Both the position numbers and the translations under genes were made by a program. Under the pieces are notes generated by a model that did no database searches, had not been told where the DNA came from, and was given only the letters and a program-made list of their open reading frames with translations. Positions 56,266 to 64,000 of a stretch of 64,000 nucleotides of DNA are shown here, piece by piece; position 1 is the first letter of the stretch; each line of letters opens with the position of its first letter. Origin of the DNA: an uncultured Gaiellales bacterium (GTDB lineage Bacteria > Actinomycetota > Thermoleophilia > BMS3ABIN01). Where the stretch lies: NCBI GenBank assembly GCA_964497425.1, contig CAZCCR010000006.1, positions 13,306 through 77,305 of the forward strand, read 5' to 3'.

Positions 56266-56911
56266 CGCGCCTCCGGTCATGGTGGCAGCCGGAATATATT
56301 CTACTCAATATGGCTCCGATTTCCCCGCGGCGCGCCTCAGGCAACTCCGACAGCATGTCATCCCTCAGGGTCGCCAGGGAAGCTCCTTCACCACCGTCCT
56401 CCCTGATGGAGCGGAAGCACGAATCGAACATCCCGGCGAAACCGCCGCCGCAGCCGCCTGAAGCGCGCCGCGCCAGGCAGAGGGTCACCACCGACCAGGC
56501 GTCCAGGGCCAGGCGCGGGTCCATCCCTTCGCAATGGATGAAGGAACACAGTTCCACCAGGCGCGCCAGCATCATGATACAGAAGGTGTCTTCCAGGGCC
56601 GCCAGGCGGCCCAGGCCCCGGGCGTACATATAGTCCCCCGCCAGCAGCAGCAGGTCGCTGGACTGCGGCTCGAGCAGGCGGCTTTCACCGTAATGGAGCA
56701 GGTAACCTTCAAAGATGTACTCGAGGGCGAAGCGGTAGGCTTCGGCATCGCCGCCGCCCGCTGCCGTGTAGAGGTCCGAATAGCCGGCGCCGGCGGCGGC
56801 CGGCTGCCGGCGCAGGCTCACGGCCAGCAGGCTGCTGTCGTCCGCGACCTCCGCCGCGATGGCCTGAAGTGTCTGTGTGAGCACCAGGGCGCCACCGGTC
56901 ACGACCGGCAT
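56255..56911 (-). CDS. Hypothetical protein resembling a degenerate polyprenyl-synthase helical fragment
   Basis: LEYIFEGYLLHYG...LLLLAGDYMYARGL resembles the AILAGDYL helix of prenyl synthases but has no DDxxD; overlaps the ubiD start. Confidence 0.6.
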   Translation of the reverse strand: MPVVTGGALVLTQTLQAIAAEVADDSSLLAVSLRRQPAAAGAGYSDLYTAAGGGDAEAYRFALEYIFEGYLLHYGESRLLEPQSSDLLLLAGDYMYARGLGRLAALEDTFCIMMLARLVELCSFIHCEGMDPRLALDAWSVVTLCLARRASGGCGGGFAGMFDSCFRSIREDGGEGASLATLRDDMLSELPEARRGEIGAILSRIYSGCHHDRRRDGH

Positions 56912-56963
56912 CCTCCCCGTCCCGGTCCCGCTGCCGGGACGATGTGAAGCCTGTCGAGCGGGT

Positions 56964-57602
56964 TCATGGCTTCTCCAGATAGAAGGAAAGGGTCATCAGC
57001 TCCGTGGAGAGGTCGACCTGCCTGAGGATGACAGGCTTGCCGGCGGTGGCATGGATCGGAGCGAAGTTGAGCACCGAGGGCACACCCGCCGCCACCACGC
57101 GGTCTATCATCTCCTGCGCCGAGTCCGCCGGTGTGGTGATCATGGCGATATGTACATCCTTCTGCGCGATGAAGTCCTCCAGTCCCGTGATGGGGAGCAC
57201 AGGCCCCGCGCCGCGGTCGCTGCCGATGACGTCGGGGCTGGAGTCGAACATACCCACCAGGTTGAAGCCCTGCTCCTCGAAGCCGCGGTACAGAGCCAGC
57301 GCCGTGCCCAGCTTGCCGGCGCCGATGATGATGATATTCCAGGAGCGGTCCAGCCCCAGCTGCCGGCGTAACTCCTCCGCCAGTGTGTGTACATCATACC
57401 CCACTCCCCTGGTGCCGAACTCGCCGAAATAGGACAGGTCCTTGCGGACCTGGGCGGGGTTGGAGCCCACCGCATCGGCCAGCTGGCGCGACGACACCGT
57501 CCTCTGGCCCTGCTGCTCCATCTCCTGCAGCTGGCGCAGGTAGCTGGAAAGCCGGGGGATGGTCGCTTCGGGGACGGGTTCGTTTCGCCTGGACTGGCTC
57601 AT
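56964..57602 (-). CDS. rex: Redox-sensing transcriptional repressor Rex
   Basis: ATIPRLSSYLR; VSSRQLA; QVRKDLSYFGEFGTRGVGY; IGAGKLG; LNFAP. Confidence 0.96.
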   Translation of the reverse strand: MSQSRRNEPVPEATIPRLSSYLRQLQEMEQQGQRTVSSRQLADAVGSNPAQVRKDLSYFGEFGTRGVGYDVHTLAEELRRQLGLDRSWNIIIIGAGKLGTALALYRGFEEQGFNLVGMFDSSPDVIGSDRGAGPVLPITGLEDFIAQKDVHIAMITTPADSAQEMIDRVVAAGVPSVLNFAPIHATAGKPVILRQVDLSTELMTLSFYLEKP

Positions 57603-57623
57603 GGCAGCCGCTTCCTCTGTATG

Positions 57624-58904
57624 TCAACCTGTCAGGAAAGCCGCCGCCGCCTCGATGGTGCGGTCCAGGTCCTCGTCGCTGTGGGCGACGGAGACGAAGG
57701 CGGCTTCGAACTGCGAGGGGGCAAGGTAGATGCCGTGCTCGAGCATGTGCCGGAAATAATCGGCATAGAGGCCGGTGTCGCTGGCCCTGGCCGTGGTGAA
57801 ATCCCTGACCGGGCCGCTGTTGAAGAAGAGGGTCATCATCGAACCGACACGGTTGAGGCTTAGTTCATAGCCCGATGCGGCCATAGCCTCCTCGGCGCCT
57901 GCAGCCAGGCGGGCGGCTTTCTGTTCCAGGATGTCGTAGACCCCCGGTTTGGCCAGTTCCTCCAGAGTGCAGGCCCCGGCCGTCATGGCCAGAGGGTTCC
58001 CGGAGAGCGTCCCCGCCTGATAGGTGTCGCCGGCGGGGGCCACGGTCTCCATGATCTCCCTGCGGCCGCCGAAGGCGCCCACCGGCAGTCCGCCGCCGAT
58101 GACCTTCCCCAGGCAGCTCATGTCGGGAATGACGCCGTAGCGTTCCTGGGCGCCGCCCAGGGCGACGCGGAAACCGCTCATCACCTCGTCGAAGATGAGT
58201 ACGGCGCCATACTCCGTCGCCAGCCGCCTCAATCCTTCCAGGAAGCCTTCCACCGGGGGCACCGTACCCATGTTGCCGGCTACAGGCTCGACGATGATGG
58301 CGGCCACCTGCTCCCCCTCGCGCTCCATCACGCCGCCGACGCTTTCCAGGCTGTTGTACTCCGCCAGGATGGTGTCGGCGGACGTGCCGGCGGTGACGCC
58401 GGGACTGTCGGGGAGGGAAAGGGTGGCCACGCCGGAGCCTGCCTGCACCAGCAGGCTGTCCACGGCGCCGTGGTAACAGCCGATGAACTTGACTATCTTC
58501 TCGCGCCCGGTATAGCCGCGTGCTACTCTCAGGGCGCTCATGGTGGCCTCGGTGCCCGAGTTTGACATGCGCACCATCTCCACCGACGGGACGGCGTCGA
58601 CCACCCTCTGCGCCAGCTCCACCTCCAGTGGGCTGGGCGCCCCGAAACTGGTGCCGTCCCGGAGGGTCTTCTCCAGGGCCTCCTCCACGGCCGGATGGGA
58701 ATGGCCCAGAATGAGCGGACCCCAGGAGCCCACGTAGTCTATGTAGGCGTTGCCGTCCACGTCGTACATGCGGCTGCCTTCGCCGCGGGCGATGAAGAGC
58801 GGGTCGCGGCCTACGGAACGCATGGCCCGTACGGGGCTGTTGACGCCTCCGGGCATGAGCTCGAGGGCCCGGCTGTAGAGTTCCTGTGACCTTCGGGTAC
58901 CCAC
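57624..58904 (-). CDS. hemL: Glutamate-1-semialdehyde 2,1-aminomutase
   Basis: [10 protein letters not shown]; DYVGSWGP; SGTEATM; FDEVMSGFR; GKVIGGGLP; QAGTLSGNP. Confidence 0.97.
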   Translation of the reverse strand: MGTRRSQELYSRALELMPGGVNSPVRAMRSVGRDPLFIARGEGSRMYDVDGNAYIDYVGSWGPLILGHSHPAVEEALEKTLRDGTSFGAPSPLEVELAQRVVDAVPSVEMVRMSNSGTEATMSALRVARGYTGREKIVKFIGCYHGAVDSLLVQAGSGVATLSLPDSPGVTAGTSADTILAEYNSLESVGGVMEREGEQVAAIIVEPVAGNMGTVPPVEGFLEGLRRLATEYGAVLIFDEVMSGFRVALGGAQERYGVIPDMSCLGKVIGGGLPVGAFGGRREIMETVAPAGDTYQAGTLSGNPLAMTAGACTLEELAKPGVYDILEQKAARLAAGAEEAMAASGYELSLNRVGSMMTLFFNSGPVRDFTTARASDTGLYADYFRHMLEHGIYLAPSQFEAAFVSVAHSDEDLDRTIEAAAAFLTG

Positions 58905-58907
58905 GGC

Positions 58908-59882
58908 CTACTCTCCCAGCCAGCCGGCGGCTTCCCTGGCGTGATAGGTGATGATCATGTCGGCGCCGGCGCGGTGGATGGCCATCAGCGACTCCAGCAC
59001 CACGCGCTTCTCGTCGAGCCAGCCCCGCTGTGCCGCCGCCTTCAGCATGGAATACTCGCCGCTGACATTATAGGCGGCAAGGGGGAAGCGGGTCTCCTGC
59101 TTTACCCGCGAGATGATGTCCAGATAGGGCAGAGCCGGCTTGACCATGACGATGTCGGCGCCCTCCTCCAGGTCGAGCAGCACCTCGCGCACGGCCTCGT
59201 TGCCGTTGCGGTGGTCCATCTGGTAGGACCGGCGGTCGCCGAACTCCGGCGATGACTCCGCTGCCTCCCGGAAGGGTCCATAGAAGGCCGAGGCGAACTT
59301 GGCCGCGTATGACATTATGGGGATGTTGATGAAACCCTCGCTGTCGAGGCCGCTCCTGATGGCAGCCACCCGGCCGTCCATCATGTCCGAGGGCGCGACG
59401 ATGTCGGCGCCCGCCTCGGCATGGGAGACGGCCATCCGCGTCAGCATCTCCAGGGTGATGTCGTTGTCGACGTAACCGTCCTTGACGATGCCGCAGTGGC
59501 CGTGGCTGGTGTACTCGCAGAGGCATACGTCCGTGATCACCATCAGCTCCGGCAGGCTCTCCTTCAGCGCCGCCACTGCCAGCTGGACGATCCCCTCCTC
59601 GTCATAGGCGCCGGAACCGGCCTCGTCCTTCTCCGCCGGTATGCCGAAGAGCAGGATCGCCGGTATGCCCAGGGCCATCACTTCCCTGGCTTCCTTCACC
59701 AGGTTGTTGATGGACATCTGGTAACAGCCGGGCATGGACGGCACCTCCGTGCGCACGTCCTCGCCGTGGGTGACGAAAAGGGGATATATCAGGCGCCTTA
59801 CCGACAGGTCGTTCTCGCTCACCAGGTCGCGCAGCTGCTGCGAGGTCCTCAGGCGCCGCATTCTGTAGGAAGGAAAGTACAC
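58908..59882 (-). CDS. hemB: Porphobilinogen synthase (Zn-type)
   Basis: RMRRLR; [13 protein letters not shown]; APSDMMDG; FYGPFREA; MVKPA; AYNVSGEY. Start GTG 59882 after GGAG. Confidence 0.97.
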   Translation of the reverse strand: MYFPSYRMRRLRTSQQLRDLVSENDLSVRRLIYPLFVTHGEDVRTEVPSMPGCYQMSINNLVKEAREVMALGIPAILLFGIPAEKDEAGSGAYDEEGIVQLAVAALKESLPELMVITDVCLCEYTSHGHCGIVKDGYVDNDITLEMLTRMAVSHAEAGADIVAPSDMMDGRVAAIRSGLDSEGFINIPIMSYAAKFASAFYGPFREAAESSPEFGDRRSYQMDHRNGNEAVREVLLDLEEGADIVMVKPALPYLDIISRVKQETRFPLAAYNVSGEYSMLKAAAQRGWLDEKRVVLESLMAIHRAGADMIITYHAREAAGWLGE

Positions 59883-60008
59883 CTTGGAGACTCCTTTGGC
59901 GGGTTTTTGGCTGGCCCTTATGGTCCGGACTGGGGTTATATTATCCCAGAAGGCGCCGGGCATAAAGTCATCGGGCTACGGTTCCGCAGGGAACCTTCAC
60001 CGGTCCCG

Positions 60009-60683
60009 TTACTGGTTGGCCTGTTGCAGCAGTGCCGGGTCGGTGATGGCGGCGCTGCCGTATTGCTGCCAGTTGGCGTAGATGGTGGGCTCGACCCAGT
60101 ATTCGGTCGACATCTGGCCGATGGTGTTCTCGTCGAACTTGAACCAGTCGTCGATCTTGTCGGCGTCGGCCTTGGTCATCAGGTCGCGGGCGGCCATGTC
60201 GTTCTTGGTGGAGTGGTCCTCGGTGGTGCCGTAGAGTGTCACCTGCACCTTCACCACATCCGGATAGAGGAAAAGGGAGCTCATGAATCCGCGGGACATC
60301 TCGGTGATGTAGCCCACCACCTGGCCCGGATGGCACGAAGGGGGCCGGCCCACGGCGATGTCGACGAAGGTTCCTCCCCCTTCGGGAGAGAGGGTGATCT
60401 TGCGGATGATGGGGTCTCCGGCGTAGTCGACGCTGCCGACCTTGCGCGTCACCATCTTGGTGACCGCCTCCTTCGTCACCGGATCCTTGGCCTTCAGGGT
60501 CACGTGTTCGCTGCCGGTGCTGGTGTTGGCGGTGGATTCCGCACTGCCCGAATCGCCGGAGCAGCCGCCGAGCGCCACGATGGCCGGGACCATGATCAGC
60601 AGGACGCCGAGGATGACTGTCGATCTCAGGAAGCCGCAGGTGTTGCCGCCGGGGATTGATGGCTTGAGGTTCGGGAAGGTCAC
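60009..60683 (-). CDS. Hypothetical lipoprotein
   Basis: Hydrophobic leader ending ALGG-C, Ser/Thr linker, ~150-aa domain; AAGGAG RBS before GTG 60683. Confidence 0.7.
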   Translation of the reverse strand: MTFPNLKPSIPGGNTCGFLRSTVILGVLLIMVPAIVALGGCSGDSGSAESTANTSTGSEHVTLKAKDPVTKEAVTKMVTRKVGSVDYAGDPIIRKITLSPEGGGTFVDIAVGRPPSCHPGQVVGYITEMSRGFMSSLFLYPDVVKVQVTLYGTTEDHSTKNDMAARDLMTKADADKIDDWFKFDENTIGQMSTEYWVEPTIYANWQQYGSAAITDPALLQQANQ

Positions 60684-60897
60684 GGTACAAATCTCCTTTA
60701 CGGTCTGTTCAATGACGGTAGCGGGGCCGTGACGGCCGCCGCCGGACAGATTCATGAGGATTCATGCTCGGAGGCCTCTGCCGGTTACCTTGATCCATCA
60801 TGGATTATAACACATATACGGTTGATGGCAGGTTGGGCTATACAGGCACTTTGGCTATAATGGCATTCAGAAGGACAACCCAACCGGAGAAAGGTCC

Positions 60898-61923
60898 ATG
60901 ATGCTTAACAAGCTGATGATTCTTGTAGCGGGCGTTGTTGCGGGAACCTGGCTGATGCTGTCGATGGCGGGCTGCGGGCTGCCGGAGGACGCTGCGGCAT
61001 CGGTGAACGGGGTCATTATTTCCAAGGACGATGTGCAACACCGCATCGATGTGACCGCCATACTGTTCCCTTCCGAGGTCCCGGAAGACCGGGAGAGCCA
61101 GGAGTTCATCGATTACCGGGGCAACGTCACCAAGCAGCTGGTGAGCGAGGAGATAGAGAGACAGGAAGCGGAGAAGCGGGGTATAAGCGTGAGCCCGGAC
61201 GAGATAGAGGAGTCCCTGACCATCTACGTCGAGGACAAGTACTTCGGCGATGTGGAGAAGATGGAAGAGGCCTTCGCCGGACAGGGCATCAGCATCGATG
61301 ACCTGCGGGCGGAGATAGAGCGGGACCTGAGGCATGAGAAGATGCTCGATGCCGTACACGAGGAGACGACGATAACCGATGAGGAGGTCGAATCCTTCTA
61401 TAACGAGAACAAGGCCAGGTATGTATATCCGGAACGAAGGCAGATACGCCAGATAGTAGTGCCTGACCAGGCGGCAGCGCAGGCCGCCGCAGCCAGGATA
61501 GCCGGCGGCGAGGATTTCACCGCCGTTGCGTCTGAGGTCTCGGTGGACGGGGCGACGGCTGCAAACGGCGGCCTGGTGGGAATGGTCTCACAGGACCAGC
61601 TGCCCGCGGATATCGGGCAACGTGCCTTCTCCCTCGACATGAACTCGGTGTCAGAGCCGTTCCAGTCGGGCTCAAGCTGGTACATAATCAAGGTGGAGAT
61701 CATCACACCTGCTTCCAACAAGACATTCGACGAGATCAAGGACGAACTGTCCTTCTACCTCAGGAACCAGAAATTCGCCCAGAGGTGGAAGGACTATTCG
61801 GCGGAGTTGTGGGATGAATATGATATCGAGTATGCAGAGGGTTACGAACCTCCGCCGGAGGGAGAGACACAGACCACCACGACCCTGGATCCGAACGCGC
61901 CGGCGCCCAGGGCAAGCAACTGA
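60898..61923 (+). CDS. PrsA/SurA-like foldase lipoprotein (SurA_N plus parvulin PPIase)
   Basis: Lipobox MAG-C; ASVNGVIISK; RQIRQIVV; FTAVASEVS; NGGLVG; VSEPF. Confidence 0.85.
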   Translation: MMLNKLMILVAGVVAGTWLMLSMAGCGLPEDAAASVNGVIISKDDVQHRIDVTAILFPSEVPEDRESQEFIDYRGNVTKQLVSEEIERQEAEKRGISVSPDEIEESLTIYVEDKYFGDVEKMEEAFAGQGISIDDLRAEIERDLRHEKMLDAVHEETTITDEEVESFYNENKARYVYPERRQIRQIVVPDQAAAQAAAARIAGGEDFTAVASEVSVDGATAANGGLVGMVSQDQLPADIGQRAFSLDMNSVSEPFQSGSSWYIIKVEIITPASNKTFDEIKDELSFYLRNQKFAQRWKDYSAELWDEYDIEYAEGYEPPPEGETQTTTTLDPNAPAPRASN

Positions 61924-61965
61924 CCACACAGGATCACGTCACGCGTCGTGAGAGGCGCGGGTTTG

Positions 61966-61998
61966 AGCGGCGCGGCCCCCGGCGGGGGCCGCGCCGCT
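61966..61998. terminator. Stem-loop downstream of the foldase gene
   Basis: AGCGGCGCGGCCCCC-GGC-GGGGGCCGCGCCGCT, perfect 15-bp stem. Confidence 0.65.
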
Positions 61999-62030
61999 TC
62001 CTGTATTCGGGAGGACTTCCGTGGTTACGC

Positions 62031-62070
62031 CAAAGAGGTGCTCAGTAGAACAAAGAGGTACTCAATAGAA
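62031..62070 (+). repeat. 20-bp tandem direct repeat
   Basis: CAAAGAGGTGCTCAGTAGAA followed by CAAAGAGGTACTCAATAGAA (18/20 identical). Confidence 0.8.
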
Positions 62071-62646
62071 AAATGAAACACGTCAAAGACGCATCCAGTC
62101 GTCCGCCCGGCCGCAGGTTTGCAGAAGCAGGAGGAAATCCGCCCGGGCATGAGGGAAAAACCTGTCCGGAACCACCGGTGAATGGCGCCAGAATCAAATA
62201 CCCCAAGGGGTTATCGATAAATGTCGTATAGGGGGTTTCCCTGAGAAAAATAAAATAAAATTACTATAAAACCGGGGGGAAATGATGAAAAATAATCATG
62301 TAAAGTTTGAAAATCGGAGTAGACTAGTTGCAATTAAACCATATATTAAGCGTATCTATCCATTCACCGGGGGGTGAGTGGGAAAAGAGGGAAGCGGTTA
62401 TTGGGCGCCTGAGACGGTCATCTTCCTTAAAACGGGGATCGGCCCTTCCTCCTCTCAGTGATAGTCGGATAACCAACCTCCAGTCTCCCGCCTCCAGGCT
62501 CAAGTGGGAATAGTGCGCTTGATATGAATGGGTGCGAGGAGGTGAATCAACAGACTGACTCACTTGCGTTCGATCGTAAGACCCAGACCAAGCCTTCTCC
62601 GACGGGAGAAGCATTGTTTTATAAACGTTAGAAAGAGGGTGAAGGA

Positions 62647-64000
62647 ATGAAGGTTGCCATAAGTGAAAACAAGTGGCAGTTCGCACTACTGGCGGTGCCG
62701 CTTGTTCTTATCCTGGCATTGGCAATCGCCACGGGCAGCATGTCCGGGGCGGCCGATGCCGCTTATGGTGTCTATGGTTGTGGCGGCGCCTATGGCAGTG
62801 GTTGCGATCAGGCTCCGTCTGCCAGTCTCGGCGTCAGCAACCAGCTGCTGTATGTCGCCAATGGTGACGCCAGCAATGTCGCCGTGATCGACGTAGGCAC
62901 CATGAACATCGTGGACTACATCCCCGTGACCTGTGCTCCCGACAACCTTGCCGGGCCTCTGGGCATGTACTGGGAGATCCACGGTGTGGTTCCGTCAAAC
63001 GACAGGCAGAGCATCTACGCCGTAGGCGCCCTGTCGGGCGACGCCAACTCCAGCGACCTGTACCAGATGGATGTCAAGACAGGTACCGAGATCCGCAGGA
63101 TACCGATGACCAGTTCGCTGGTCGGTTACTGCGGCCTGGAGTATGACCTGAACGACACCACCTCCGACAACCTGGTTGCCGCCGACATGGCCGCCGGCCC
63201 CGGCGTGGTAGCCAGCCTGGAAGCCAACTGGTCCCCCGCTTACGGCGGACCGCTGCCTCCGGGCTCACTGCCGGTGACCCAGGGTGGATGGCAGGAGAAC
63301 AGCCTCTCGGCTGGCACCGCCACCAACCATATCTCCACCGACTTCGATGGAGACGGAGAGTCCAGCACCTGCGGTATCAGCTGGAACGCCTCCGGCACCA
63401 CCGGCTATGCGTCCCTGATGTGGGATCCGGCCAGCTCGGTGACCATCGACTGGGCCGGCAGCAAGACGGCTACTGGTGAGAACCCCGCCCTGCCGGGCGC
63501 GGTCATCCATCAGAACACCGCCGCCAAGAGCCGTGACCTGCTGTTCGTCACCGGCGGAAGCGGCGGCTTCATCGAGATAGTTGACATGACCACCAACTCC
63601 ACAGTCGGCAGCATCGACGTAGCGTCTCTGACCGGTGTACCTTCGGCCGAGCCGCACAGCGTCGATATCGCTCCCGGCAACGACAACCTGCTGTACGCCA
63701 TGGTGCGTCAGGTGCCGAACCCGACTCCGGGCGGCGCCTCCGCGTTGCTGATCGATGTCAGCAACATCGCCGCGCCTAACGTAGTCGCGGGCGTCACCGG
63801 CCTGAACAAGGCTGCTTGCGGCATCTATGCCGATTACGACAAGAGCCTCTACTACCAGGCCAACGGCAGCGTCGCCGCCGGCAAGATGGCTCTGGTCGCC
63901 AACGGTAACGACAGCAGTGTGGCCACCGTCGACTTCGACTCGATGTCGGTCACGGGTACCATCCCCATCCCGCGTGCCCCCGACAACCTTGCCGGGCCTC
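62647..64000 (+). CDS. Secreted YVTN/YncE-like beta-propeller protein with at least two tandem modules (3' truncated; absent from the ORF track)
   Basis: ATG 62647 after GAAAGAGGGTGAAGGA; open to the window end (451 codons). Signal peptide, then LYVANGDASNVAVID. The module restarts near 63885 (LVANGNDSSVATVD...APDNLAGP), with nucleotide repeat CCCGACAACCTTGCCGGGCCTC at ~62938 and ~63979. Confidence 0.85.
   Translation, partial: MKVAISENKWQFALLAVPLVLILALAIATGSMSGAADAAYGVYGCGGAYGSGCDQAPSASLGVSNQLLYVANGDASNVAVIDVGTMNIVDYIPVTCAPDNLAGPLGMYWEIHGVVPSNDRQSIYAVGALSGDANSSDLYQMDVKTGTEIRRIPMTSSLVGYCGLEYDLNDTTSDNLVAADMAAGPGVVASLEANWSPAYGGPLPPGSLPVTQGGWQENSLSAGTATNHISTDFDGDGESSTCGISWNASGTTGYASLMWDPASSVTIDWAGSKTATGENPALPGAVIHQNTAAKSRDLLFVTGGSGGFIEIVDMTTNSTVGSIDVASLTGVPSAEPHSVDIAPGNDNLLYAMVRQVPNPTPGGASALLIDVSNIAAPNVVAGVTGLNKAACGIYADYDKSLYYQANGSVAAGKMALVANGNDSSVATVDFDSMSVTGTIPIPRAPDNLAGP

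Noticed and set aside
62200-62350. AT-rich tract as a DNA-unwinding element or alternative oriC
   Set aside because: No DnaA boxes were found near it; a promoter/UP-element role is simpler.
62324-62686. Short ORFs in the AT-rich leader (120 aa minus, 61 aa plus, and a 28-codon TTG ORF ending at the propeller start)
   Set aside because: No convincing RBS spacing or homology, and atypical codon usage; they cannot be supported without expression data.

Overview
GC-rich (roughly two-thirds GC by eye) bacterial chromosome segment. It is most consistent with a deep-branching, probably anaerobic actinobacterium (Thermoleophilia-like); this is inferred from the Rv3916c-like GNAT, LCP/LytR_C protein, Ppm1, futalosine-type UbiD/UbiA, rex linked to hem genes, and anaerobe-type genes such as CooT, DUF3842, FmdE, DVU0298 and a two-CW domain. 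Most of the window is housekeeping: rpmH-rnpA-yidD-yidC-jag, lemA-htpX, radC, rarA, ugd, LCP, DHH, ddl, tRNA-Arg(CCT), a nikMQO-type ECF transporter, copA/copZ, dtd, and hemB-hemL-rex-ubiD-ubiA. I saw no integrase, transposase, CRISPR array or rRNA. Highlights: (1) an uncharacterised five-gene membrane operon at 4.0-10.4 kb (Yip1, membrane protein, a 1062-aa surface-anchored protein with a toxin-like C-terminus, two zinc-ribbon proteins); (2) a secreted tandem beta-propeller running off the right edge, absent from the ORF track, with His or Cys at the same position in six consecutive predicted blades, behind a repeat-rich AT-rich leader; (3) a sensor kinase with a 7-Cys two-CW domain inserted into a HAMP-like element, divergent from a Ni-uptake operon across a repeat- and hairpin-rich spacer; (4) DnaA boxes upstream of rpmH with no dnaA beside them. 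All family assignments come from recognising motifs by eye; no searches were run.
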